From Elusimicrobiota bacterium (GTDB lineage Bacteria; Elusimicrobiota; Endomicrobiia; Endomicrobiales; JBDRNC01), in the NCBI GenBank assembly GCA_043811535.1, contig JBDRNC010000021.1, positions 77,668 to 141,667 on the forward strand: DNA of 64,000 nt. The letters are read 5' to 3'. Under the pieces are notes generated by a model that was given only the letters and a program-made list of their open reading frames with translations, was not told where the DNA came from and ran no database searches. Positions 20,891-29,374 of the stretch are shown here, piece after piece (position 1 is the first letter of the stretch; each line of letters opens with the position of its first letter). A program made the translations under genes and the position numbers.

Positions 20891-21568
20891 ATGTCATCCG
20901 AAGACTTTCAGCAGCGCGAACAAGAAAACGCAATAGAACGCATCTGGACGATCATATATTCCGATATGATCACCAATCTGATGATTTTTTTCCTTATGCT
21001 TTACGGGTTAAGCCGGCTGAGCGGCGACGCGCGCAGCGAGATCATGAAAAACATGCAAGAAAAATTCCGCGGCAGGGCCGATGTGGAGGCGCGCGCCCAG
21101 AAAGTCCTTAAGGATATGAAAGAAGAAGACGCCGCTGCCAAGGTCACGTCAATGATGGAGAAACAGGGCGTTGACCAGTACACCTCCGTCGAGATAAGCG
21201 AAAAACAAATAAAGATAACCCTTACGATACCTGTCCTTTTCGCCTCGGGCGAATCATATCTTACGAATGAAGCTAGAAAAGTTTTGTACGGCGTGTCAAG
21301 GATACTTGCTTCTGTGCCGAATGAGGTAATCATAGAAGGGCACACGGATAACATATCGGTTAAAAGCGCCAAATATCAGTCAAACTGGGAACTCTCCGTC
21401 GCGAGGGCATACAGCGTCGTGGAATATTTCACAAGCGTCAGCAGGCTTGATCCCGGCAGGTTCGTTGTTGCAGGCTACGGGGAATACAGGCCGGTCGCCG
21501 ACAACAGCACTCCTGAGGGCAGGTCTACCAACAGGCGTATAGAAATTCTGATGATAAGGAAAAGCTGA
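20891..21568 (+). CDS. motB: MotB-family stator subunit 1 (conserved TM Asp present; OmpA-like peptidoglycan-binding domain)
   Basis: WTIIYSDMITNLMIFFLMLY; IEGHTDN; SNWELSVARA; GYGEYRP; NRRIEI. Confidence 0.92.
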   Translation: MSSEDFQQREQENAIERIWTIIYSDMITNLMIFFLMLYGLSRLSGDARSEIMKNMQEKFRGRADVEARAQKVLKDMKEEDAAAKVTSMMEKQGVDQYTSVEISEKQIKITLTIPVLFASGESYLTNEARKVLYGVSRILASVPNEVIIEGHTDNISVKSAKYQSNWELSVARAYSVVEYFTSVSRLDPGRFVVAGYGEYRPVADNSTPEGRSTNRRIEILMIRKS

Positions 21569-21676
21569 ATACAGCAGCTGACAGATGACAGTTGACTGTT
21601 GACAGGAAGACAAGCCAAAAAAGACTTTTGACCATCAACTGTCAACCGTGAACCGTCAGCGTTTTTGAGGAATACA

Positions 21677-22447
21677 ATGGCTGATGATTTGGATTTTAAA
21701 GGATTTGATGAGTCGTTCGATTCGGGGGAGGACTTTACCGAACAGCTCGGGATAGGGACGGAAAAAGGAAAGAAGAAGGCCGCTTTTTCCGGCATTGACA
21801 GCGGAGCCATGCCTCCCGTAGAAGAAATGGACTGGATAGTCCACTTCGCGAACCTTATAACGATACTGATGTTCTTTTTCATGATGTTATACGGATTTTC
21901 AACGATAGCGAAGAATTCCTCGAGTTACGAAAAGGCGATGGCGAGCATTCAAAAAATGATGGGCGGCGACAAAGCGCAGCTTGAAAAGATCAACAAGAAC
22001 GAGATGGAAACCGAAGTCGCGTCGAGAATGGAAGACTTCATCAAGGATAAGAACCTCGCGCAGTTCGCCAAGGTGGAAACGAACGCCCAGCGCGTAAAGA
22101 TATCCCTTTCAAACCCTATCCTGTTTGATTCCGGTTCCGCAGTGCTCAAGATTGAGGCGGCGCCGGCGCTGAAAGAAATAGCGACGCTCTTAAAGACGCT
22201 TCCCAATTTAATTGTTGTTGAAGGACATACGGACAACGTTCCTTTCGTCGGGAAAACCTACCGCTCAAATTTCGAGCTTTCGGCGGCAAGAGCGTTCAGC
22301 GTGATAAGGTATTTCATTGAAGGCGAAAAGATAGATCCTTCCAGATTTACGGCGTTTGGTTATGGAGAATTCACTCCGTTATTTCCGAATGATAACGACG
22401 AGCATAAAGCGATGAACAGAAGGATTGAGATAAATATACAGAGATAA
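21677..22447 (+). CDS. motB: MotB-family stator subunit 2 (TM Asp replaced by Asn; acidic N-terminal extension)
   Basis: WIVHFANLITILMFFFMMLY; VEGHTDN; SNFELSAARA; GYGEFTP; NRRIEI. Start set at ATG 21677 after GAGG. Confidence 0.88.
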   Translation: MADDLDFKGFDESFDSGEDFTEQLGIGTEKGKKKAAFSGIDSGAMPPVEEMDWIVHFANLITILMFFFMMLYGFSTIAKNSSSYEKAMASIQKMMGGDKAQLEKINKNEMETEVASRMEDFIKDKNLAQFAKVETNAQRVKISLSNPILFDSGSAVLKIEAAPALKEIATLLKTLPNLIVVEGHTDNVPFVGKTYRSNFELSAARAFSVIRYFIEGEKIDPSRFTAFGYGEFTPLFPNDNDEHKAMNRRIEINIQR

Positions 22448-22450
22448 CAT

Positions 22451-22532
22451 GATTATCGATTACAAATTACAGATTACAGATTTGAGCTATTTTAGCAGTA
22501 AATTTGTAATTTGTAATGTGTAATTTGTAATT
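22451..22532. repeat. Inverted array of 7-nt units (GATTACA/TGTAAT family); related arrays 40946-41041, 43301-43383, 50132-50208
   Basis: GATTACA AATTACA GATTACA ... TTGTAAT TTGTAAT GTGTAAT TTGTAAT. Confidence 0.8.
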
Positions 22533-22537
22533 ACTTT

Positions 22538-23395
22538 ATGAAACGTATAGCACTGCTGCTTATCATCCTGCTGGTTCTTCCGTTCGCGGCGCAAGCCAAG
22601 ACCGTTGAAGAATTACAACAGCAGAACCGCATGGTCGCGGAATACTACCGCATGGCGATGGATTCATTCTACAGGGGAGATTATACGGCGGCAATAAGAC
22701 AGTGGGAAGAAATAATGAAAGTTGACCCGCAGCAGGCGCAGGCCCAGCAGTTGATAGAGTTTGCCCGCCAGAAAATGGTGGAAAAGATGAAACCACTTTC
22801 CGCGGAAGTTCAAAACCTGATAATTGAAGGAAAGTACGCGGAATCGTTTACGAAGAATCAGGAGCGGCTTGCGCTGGACAGCGCGAATCGCAAGTGGAAA
22901 ACACTCGGCGGCAAACTTGAAAAAATAGTGAAAATCTTCCCGAAATTGACAGAAAATGACAAGGCCTCGCTGATGGCGAAAAAGGGGATAAATGCGTATG
23001 TCGACGACAAGGAAGACCCGCGGCTGGCCTTAAATGCTTGCCGCTATGCCTGGCAGCTGAAACCTGACAATTCGCGTTTCGATCAGTTGAAAGAATTGAT
23101 GGAGGCGGAATATGCGCAGCTTGCCCAGTCCGAAAGGTTAATTTCCGGAACAAGCATCATAGAGCAGAAACTGCAGTCCGTGCTGAGTTTTATTTATGAC
23201 GGGAAATACGACCGCGCGATACTCGAATGCAACGACATACTCGAGCTTGAGCCGAACAACCTGATGGCCCTGAAACGCGCGGGCTCGGCCTATTACGCTT
23301 CGGGGAACAAGAAAGCGGCGAAAGAAATGTGGCAGCGCGCCGGGAAAGTCGCTCCTAAAGACCCGGAGATAAAGAAATTCCTGAAAATAAAGTAA
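22538..23395 (+). CDS. Exported TPR-repeat protein
   Basis: Signal peptide ending AQA; TPR-like helices (YRGDYTAAIRQWEEIMKVDP; GKYDRAILECNDILELEPNNLMALKRAGSAYY). Confidence 0.85.
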   Translation: MKRIALLLIILLVLPFAAQAKTVEELQQQNRMVAEYYRMAMDSFYRGDYTAAIRQWEEIMKVDPQQAQAQQLIEFARQKMVEKMKPLSAEVQNLIIEGKYAESFTKNQERLALDSANRKWKTLGGKLEKIVKIFPKLTENDKASLMAKKGINAYVDDKEDPRLALNACRYAWQLKPDNSRFDQLKELMEAEYAQLAQSERLISGTSIIEQKLQSVLSFIYDGKYDRAILECNDILELEPNNLMALKRAGSAYYASGNKKAAKEMWQRAGKVAPKDPEIKKFLKIK

Positions 23396-23451
23396 ATAGA
23401 CGGAAGAAGGAAGATGGAAGACGGAAGAAAATAGAAAAAAATGAGGAAAAG

Positions 23452-25392
23452 ATGAAAAAAATAAGTTTATTGTTCATTATGTTGTCGGCTTCCTTCTTCC
23501 TTCTTCAGTCTTCAGTCTCGCTTTATGCGGCTGACACAGGCAAGATACAGCTTTCGGTTGCCGCGCCGGATCCGGTTGTTGCCGGCGAGGAAATCACGTT
23601 TCAGGTGATAATGGTCAATACGGGCGGCAACAAGTGGCCCGCGGAACAGTATTACGTCGAGTCGGAAATATACGACGCGGAGAAAAACTACATCGCAAAG
23701 ACAAGGCAGATGAAAGGCTCTGTTACCGTAGATCCGGGCATGGCGAATCTTGTTTACATGCCTTTCGTCATTCCCGGCAATTTTGTCGGAACATATTTCT
23801 ACAGGATATTCGTAGTATACAAGGAGCAGAGAGTAATTGAAAGCGAATACTATTCATTTAACGTCGTGCCTCTTCCTGTAACACCGAAGAAACCTTCCAA
23901 GCTTCAGCTCGGAGGCAACGCGGTACTTTCGTACAGGCAAACATCCAAGTATGAGTGGAAGGATTATACGGGAAACTTCAACCTGAATATTGTGGGGCAG
24001 GTCATGGAGCGCGCGATGCTGTTTAATTTGTACACATTCCATACCCCAAAATCCACGTCCACGCCGGAAGGCATAAACCACGAGATATATACTATCCTGT
24101 TCAACTATTACGGAGAAAACTGGAACATAGGGTTAGGGGACGTGCTCCCGGTGTTTTCTCCTCTCTCGCTCTACGGCTCAGGCATGCGGGGCGGCCAGTT
24201 TGAAGGAAGGATGGACGCCTTTTCCCCGGCTTTCGTAGCCGCCAGAACCGCGAAACCCATTGAAGGGACCTCCGCGGCCGACGGAACCTACGAAAGATGG
24301 CTGCTCGGCGGAAAGATTGGATTGGACGTCCTTGAGCCGCTAACGGTAGGCGGGGAGTATGTAACTAGCTTCGACAAGCAGGAATCGTTGATGGTTCCGG
24401 GCCCGTCGGTCACGCCGGCAAGCAACAATGTGGCGGGAGGTTTTGTGTTGTGGGATCCTTCCGAGATTTTCGGCTTTGAAGCTGAATACCAGAGCAGCCA
24501 GTATCTTAATGACCTCAGAATAAGCACTTCTGCAATTAACGACTACGCTTACCGCGTCATGTTCAAATTATCCCCGCGCAATCTAAACTCCAGGATAAGC
24601 TACCAGCTGACACGGCCGAATTTTTACGCGTTCGGTTCTCCGGGTTCCACGCGTGACCGGCAGACAATAGACTTCTTTGCCGGATATCTGATGTTCAACA
24701 GGCTTAATATGAATCTCGGCCTGAACAGGTTCAGGGATAACCTTGACGCCGATACCACTAAGGTGACGACGACGCAGAGCATTTACAGCGGCGGTTTGTC
24801 ATACGCCAGCCCGAACCCGTGGCCCAGCCCGTCGGTTTCATATTCGCAGAACGAGGCAGTCGGCGACCCGATTACTTCGCAGAACAATTTCACAAAGACG
24901 ATGGGCTTCAGCCTTACGGGCAAAGCGAGCATAGTGAGCATGGGTCTTTCGGTCCAGCAGTCGGACTTCCAGGATCTTACGAAAGTTTCCGACGACCTGA
25001 CGACCAATACCATGGGAATAACGGCCAATTCATCGTTCGGGTCGCGCGCGTCGGTGAACATAGGCACCACGCTAACAAACACGAAGAATATCGTTACAAA
25101 TGTCATTAACCAGACGCCGGCTTTCAGCATGTCTTTCAATCTTCAGGTATTGCCGGACAAACTCAGCACGCAGATCTGGGGAACGATGATAAACAGGCAG
25201 AATGACGCCATAAACGACAGCGATAAGATAAAGAAAAAGGAAATGACAGGGAACGGCGAAATAACCTGGGTTGTTCGCCAGGACATGACATGGACAGTAG
25301 GCGGTTCGTATTCGCAGACTACCGACGAGATTGCGGAAGCGAATAACGTGATAGAGCAGGGAGTCAATACGAGAATCAGCTACTCCTTCTAG
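23452..25392 (+). CDS. Predicted outer-membrane beta-barrel with N-terminal Ig-like domain
   Basis: Signal peptide; Ig-like N-terminus (VVAGEEITFQVIMVNTG..W); amphipathic beta-strand pattern; C-terminal RISYSF typical of a BAM signal. Confidence 0.7.
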   Translation: MKKISLLFIMLSASFFLLQSSVSLYAADTGKIQLSVAAPDPVVAGEEITFQVIMVNTGGNKWPAEQYYVESEIYDAEKNYIAKTRQMKGSVTVDPGMANLVYMPFVIPGNFVGTYFYRIFVVYKEQRVIESEYYSFNVVPLPVTPKKPSKLQLGGNAVLSYRQTSKYEWKDYTGNFNLNIVGQVMERAMLFNLYTFHTPKSTSTPEGINHEIYTILFNYYGENWNIGLGDVLPVFSPLSLYGSGMRGGQFEGRMDAFSPAFVAARTAKPIEGTSAADGTYERWLLGGKIGLDVLEPLTVGGEYVTSFDKQESLMVPGPSVTPASNNVAGGFVLWDPSEIFGFEAEYQSSQYLNDLRISTSAINDYAYRVMFKLSPRNLNSRISYQLTRPNFYAFGSPGSTRDRQTIDFFAGYLMFNRLNMNLGLNRFRDNLDADTTKVTTTQSIYSGGLSYASPNPWPSPSVSYSQNEAVGDPITSQNNFTKTMGFSLTGKASIVSMGLSVQQSDFQDLTKVSDDLTTNTMGITANSSFGSRASVNIGTTLTNTKNIVTNVINQTPAFSMSFNLQVLPDKLSTQIWGTMINRQNDAINDSDKIKKKEMTGNGEITWVVRQDMTWTVGGSYSQTTDEIAEANNVIEQGVNTRISYSF

Positions 25393-25519
25393 TCCCGGCA
25401 ATAAGCGTTGTTTTGAATCATACGGGATTTCTTTTTAGTCCCGACCGAAGTGTAATATGACCAAAATGGATTTTAGTCCCTTCGTTAAGATTAGCACAAG
25501 TTTGATAGAGAGGATAATA

Positions 25520-26239
25520 ATGTTTGGCAGGCTTTGTTTATCTTTGGCGGCGGTATTAATAATCGCGGCATCTCTTTTTGCCCAGACAGTTGTTTCAGAA
25601 AAGATCATTTCTCCCGAGTTGAAAAGACAGCTCGCGCTGCGGTACACGCAGCAGGAAGCCGAGTCGCTTGAAAAACTGGTGGCGAAAGCTTCCGCGAAAG
25701 GTTTCCCGCAGGATTATTTTCTTTCGCGTCTTTCGGAAGCTGTCGCTAAAAAAGCGAAATACCGGGACCTTGTTAACGTCCTTGAAAAAAAATATTCATA
25801 TTTTGAACGCGCTCAAAATATTATCGGCGCGCAAAAACGCGCGGCGCAGGATCCCGGGGAAAATATTGTGCTCGGAGCCGAACTCCTGGAAAGGGGATTG
25901 CACGAGAAGGAAATTTCCTTTATTTCCGCAAATATACTGAAAGACGCTTCATTGGATGAATTGCTTGACCGGGCCAAGATGTTCGTGGCACTTAAGGAGG
26001 CGGGTTATCTGCGGGCTTCCGTTGAAAAAATCATCATTTCATTAAGCGGAATAAGTTCGGAAGACGCGTCAAGGATAATAGAGCTCCTGGTGATGTATCC
26101 AAGCGCGAGCGCGGCGCAAATCGCGCGCGAGGGGCTTGGGGCCGGGCGCCGGATAGGCTGGTTCCGGGATAAACTGTCCGCCGAGAACAAAAAGGAAAAA
26201 GTAAAGGAAGTATTGGAAGATGAAAGGACGGAAAGATAA
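25520..26239 (+). CDS. Exported alpha-helical hypothetical protein
   Basis: ORF 25457..26239. Likely start ATG 25520 after GAGAGG, followed by a signal peptide ending LFA. Confidence 0.65.
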   Translation: MFGRLCLSLAAVLIIAASLFAQTVVSEKIISPELKRQLALRYTQQEAESLEKLVAKASAKGFPQDYFLSRLSEAVAKKAKYRDLVNVLEKKYSYFERAQNIIGAQKRAAQDPGENIVLGAELLERGLHEKEISFISANILKDASLDELLDRAKMFVALKEAGYLRASVEKIIISLSGISSEDASRIIELLVMYPSASAAQIAREGLGAGRRIGWFRDKLSAENKKEKVKEVLEDERTER

Positions 26240-26249
26240 AGGCAGTTCA

Positions 26250-26346
26250 AATGTTTCAATGTTCCAGAGTTTCAGCGTTCAAAAACTCTTTGAAAACACT
26301 GAAACACTGAAACACTGAAACACTGGAACACTGGAACACTGGAACG
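26250..26346. repeat. Inverted array of 8-nt units (TGAAACAC family); also 17004-17052
   Basis: AATGTTTC AATGTTCC AGAGTTTC ... (TGAAACAC)x4 (TGGAACAC)x2. Confidence 0.85.
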
Positions 26347-26352
26347 TTTTAT

Positions 26353-26940
26353 ATGATGGACAGAACGGTCGACAACAATGAAGACATCGGCTTTATCAAA
26401 GATATCCTGCAGGGCGATACCGGGAGTTTCGCTTTGCTTGTGCGGAAATACAAGAATATGATATTTAACCTGGCTTACAGGATGACCGGGAACCTCGCGG
26501 AAGCCGAAGACATAATCCAGGAAAGTTTCGTGCGGGCATTCAAGGGTCTGAAGCAATTCAATCTTGTCCAGGGATTTCCAAACTGGCTTTACACTATAAC
26601 GATAAATGTGTGCAGGACCCATAACCGCAGGAACAAATTCAAATGGATCTCTCTCAGCGGGCCGGCGGTGAAAAAGGACGAGCATCAGGAATGGTTTCCC
26701 GAAATAGGCGACGAAAAGGACAACCCGGAGGACGCATTGGACCGGGAAGAGAACGAAAAAAAGGTCCAGAAGATAATCAAAATGCTTCCTTTTAAGTACA
26801 GGGCCATATTCGTGCTGAGATACATAGAAAACAAGTCATATCAGGAAATAGCGTCCTGCGCGGAATTGCCTTTGGGAACTGTTAAAACGTATCTTTACCG
26901 TGGACAAAAGATACTTTATGAAAAGCTGAAGAACGGATAG
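26353..26940 (+). CDS. ECF RNA polymerase sigma factor (SigW/SigE-like)
   Basis: Region 2 AEDIIQESFVRAF...NWLYTITINVC; region 4 SYQEIA...LPLGTVKTYLYRG. Confidence 0.92.
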   Translation: MMDRTVDNNEDIGFIKDILQGDTGSFALLVRKYKNMIFNLAYRMTGNLAEAEDIIQESFVRAFKGLKQFNLVQGFPNWLYTITINVCRTHNRRNKFKWISLSGPAVKKDEHQEWFPEIGDEKDNPEDALDREENEKKVQKIIKMLPFKYRAIFVLRYIENKSYQEIASCAELPLGTVKTYLYRGQKILYEKLKNG

Positions 26941-27013
26941 TTTGAAACTTTTTTTCGCATAGATGTAGTATATTTAGCATGGCGCTGCAACAAAACCGGG
27001 AGGCGTAGAATAA

Positions 27014-27598
27014 ATGTCCTGCGAAAAATCCAGGTACATATCGGATTACCTCAACAAAGAGCTTGATCCCGAAAATATCATAATTTTCGAGGCGCATTTT
27101 AAAAAATGCCCCGAATGCTCTCGTGTCATCGCTTTTGTAAAGAAGATGGGTAAACTCCATAAGTATCCTGCCTCGAACGATATAGCGGATATGGTAATGG
27201 AAAAGATCGAGAACCCGGGCATTGCAGATGTATTGCGGTTCAATTTTGAGAGATTCTCAAAACTTGTCATTCCCGCGCTGGCTCTTGTTGCTATTTTCCT
27301 CATTCTGAAGTTCAATCCGGCGAATAATTCCGGCCTTGTAAAAATATCATTTTCTCTGCCTGACCATGGCGCAAATTCAGTTTCGCTTGTGGGGGATTTT
27401 AATAACTGGGACGCGTCCAAGGGACAGCTGCAGAAGCGCGGCAGGGCATGGCACGGCTCGTTTTACGTTAAGCCCGGCAGATACCAGTACATGATAGTTG
27501 TCGACGAAAAAAAGTGGATGCCGGATCCTATGGCGAAAGAATATGTTGAAGACGGCTACGGCAGCAAAAACTCGCTGATTGACACTAAACAGATATAA
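27014..27598 (+). CDS. Zinc-finger (ZAS) anti-sigma factor with TM helix and C-terminal glycogen-binding CBM48/AMPK-beta-like domain
   Basis: HFKKCPEC (HxxxCxxC); one TM; ANSVSLVGDFNNWD...PGRYQYMIVVD..WMPDP...DGYG.KNS. Confidence 0.85.
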   Translation: MSCEKSRYISDYLNKELDPENIIIFEAHFKKCPECSRVIAFVKKMGKLHKYPASNDIADMVMEKIENPGIADVLRFNFERFSKLVIPALALVAIFLILKFNPANNSGLVKISFSLPDHGANSVSLVGDFNNWDASKGQLQKRGRAWHGSFYVKPGRYQYMIVVDEKKWMPDPMAKEYVEDGYGSKNSLIDTKQI

Positions 27599-27696
27599 GC
27601 TATATCGAGTAGTTTCGAATCCCGATACGCTTCGCTTCTCGGGATTTCACATAAGCCAATTAAGAAATACGCTTAATGTGTTCAAGGAGGATGTCC

Positions 27697-29319
27697 ATGG
27701 AAAAGAAAATCATTTATTCTCTCGCGCTGATTATCGCTTTAAGCGGATGGGCTTACGCCGCCAGGGTAACCACGATTTTAGGCAAACCGAGTATCACGAA
27801 GGGGGGTACAAACCAGGCGAAGGAAGCCGTCAAGGGCATGTCCTTGTACGATGCGGACAAGGTCCGCTGTGACGCGAAATCCAAGGCAGATATTGTGCTG
27901 GACAACGGGCACAGGATAAAGGTATGGCCGAAAAGCGAGATTTCCCTGGACAAGATCAAGGGCAAGGAAACAACCATCAAGCTGTTAGCCGGGCGGATAA
28001 GAGCTATCGTGAAAAAGCTTAGCGGAAATCAAAAGTTCAGTATAAAAACCCCGGTTGCGGTTTGTTCCGTGCGCGGAACGGATTTCGCGGTTGAACTAGG
28101 CGACAATAATCAGGTCAAAATTGAGGTTTACGAAGGTGTCGTCACGGCAAAAGAAGAGACGACGGGAAGCGAAGTCACCCTTAACGCCGGTGAATACACG
28201 CAGATACAGCAGAACCAGCCTCCTTCCGAGCCGGCTATAATACCCGAGCAGGACATGCCGTCCGACGTCGACCGGGGCGCCGAGGCGCCAGCTGAGACCG
28301 ACGATGCTAAAGATGAAGCCAGAAACGAGATATACCAGGAGATCTCGCGCGAGGACGTCATCAATCGCTCCGCGGAAGAGATTAAATTAGCGGAATACCA
28401 GAACGGCAAATCAGCCATAGACTCTTCCGGACACAGGGTAAGGCTTGAAGAGTACATAATACGCGGCGGGGAGAATAATCCGACCATGACTGACGCGCAG
28501 TTCAAGTATGTCGTGCTTAACACAAGGGATGCGTTCCCCGATGACCCGGCGAATCCCGGAAACGGGCATTTCAATTTTGGGAAAATGATATTCTCGTTCA
28601 ATAAAACCCTTCCGACTGACCTGCCCACCGCGACAAAAACCATGTTTTACAAAGAAGGCGAAACCGCCCCCGACTGGTATCTGTCCGGCGTTGACACTGT
28701 CATGTCAAACACGGTGGATCAGGTCAACGAGACGGCTACCGGCGGTCAGATGTTCGCCGACAATCCTGCCACACCGAAAACCTGGACGCTTGGATTCGGC
28801 TATTACGCCTTTTCCGTTGGAACAGGCGGCAAGATCGATAAATGGTGGGATTTCACGGACGTAAACGTTAACGGCACGGTGGACGCCGGCGAGCTGAAAT
28901 ATTATAATATCGCCACGGGGTCCCCGATCACGTTCCTGGTGGACGCAGACACGGGCAAGTACTATTTCCTTAATGACGACACATTGGCAGACGAGACAAG
29001 CAACCGCACCTATTTTACCGAATTTAATATGCCGGACGGCAATACCACTTTCCATTTCTATCAGAAAAACAACTATACCAACACGCAGTGGATATCAGCC
29101 GAAGATTATGTGTTGAATGACGCCGGGGACACATTGTCGCTGTCAAATATGTCGGACATGACGTCAAGCCAGTTGGAACAGAAGGCGTACGAAGCTAATT
29201 TTGAGCGGATATACACATGTTCGCAGTTCAATGGCAGAAAGATAGACCTGCTTTTTAGCGCGAAACTGCTGATGGACGCGGGGATACTTAATCTTCCCGT
29301 TCCGCCCGCAACTGAATAA
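27697..29319 (+). CDS. Exported FecR-domain protein with long C-terminal domain
   Basis: Start after AAGGAGG; signal peptide ending AYA; KTPVAVCSVRGTDF, IEVYEGVV. Confidence 0.8.
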   Translation: MEKKIIYSLALIIALSGWAYAARVTTILGKPSITKGGTNQAKEAVKGMSLYDADKVRCDAKSKADIVLDNGHRIKVWPKSEISLDKIKGKETTIKLLAGRIRAIVKKLSGNQKFSIKTPVAVCSVRGTDFAVELGDNNQVKIEVYEGVVTAKEETTGSEVTLNAGEYTQIQQNQPPSEPAIIPEQDMPSDVDRGAEAPAETDDAKDEARNEIYQEISREDVINRSAEEIKLAEYQNGKSAIDSSGHRVRLEEYIIRGGENNPTMTDAQFKYVVLNTRDAFPDDPANPGNGHFNFGKMIFSFNKTLPTDLPTATKTMFYKEGETAPDWYLSGVDTVMSNTVDQVNETATGGQMFADNPATPKTWTLGFGYYAFSVGTGGKIDKWWDFTDVNVNGTVDAGELKYYNIATGSPITFLVDADTGKYYFLNDDTLADETSNRTYFTEFNMPDGNTTFHFYQKNNYTNTQWISAEDYVLNDAGDTLSLSNMSDMTSSQLEQKAYEANFERIYTCSQFNGRKIDLLFSAKLLMDAGILNLPVPPATE

Positions 29320-29374
29320 TTATTGAGAGGCATATATTTCGTCATCATCCATAATAACTGACAGGAGACAAGAC

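Noticed and set aside
20012..22447. Zorya ZorA/ZorB defence or ExbBD/TolQR interpretation of the Mot genes
   Set aside because: MotA is normal length without a long ZorA tail, both B subunits have flagellar-type OmpA domains, a FliG-like gene is adjacent, and no ZorC/D/E or TonB/TolA is present.
18489..22447. Ordinary flagellar operon
   Set aside because: No other flagellar gene is in the window and FliF/FliG features are fused and truncated. It cannot be fully excluded without the rest of the genome.
26250..26346. CRISPR array
   Set aside because: Units are 7-8 nt and contiguous with no unique spacers; no cas genes. The same applies to the other short arrays and the two-copy 48-bp repeat.
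17074..29319. FecR proteins as a classic FecI/FecR/FecA iron-uptake system
   Set aside because: They have cleavable-looking signal peptides and no cytoplasmic anti-sigma domain, and no TonB-dependent receptor is recognisable.
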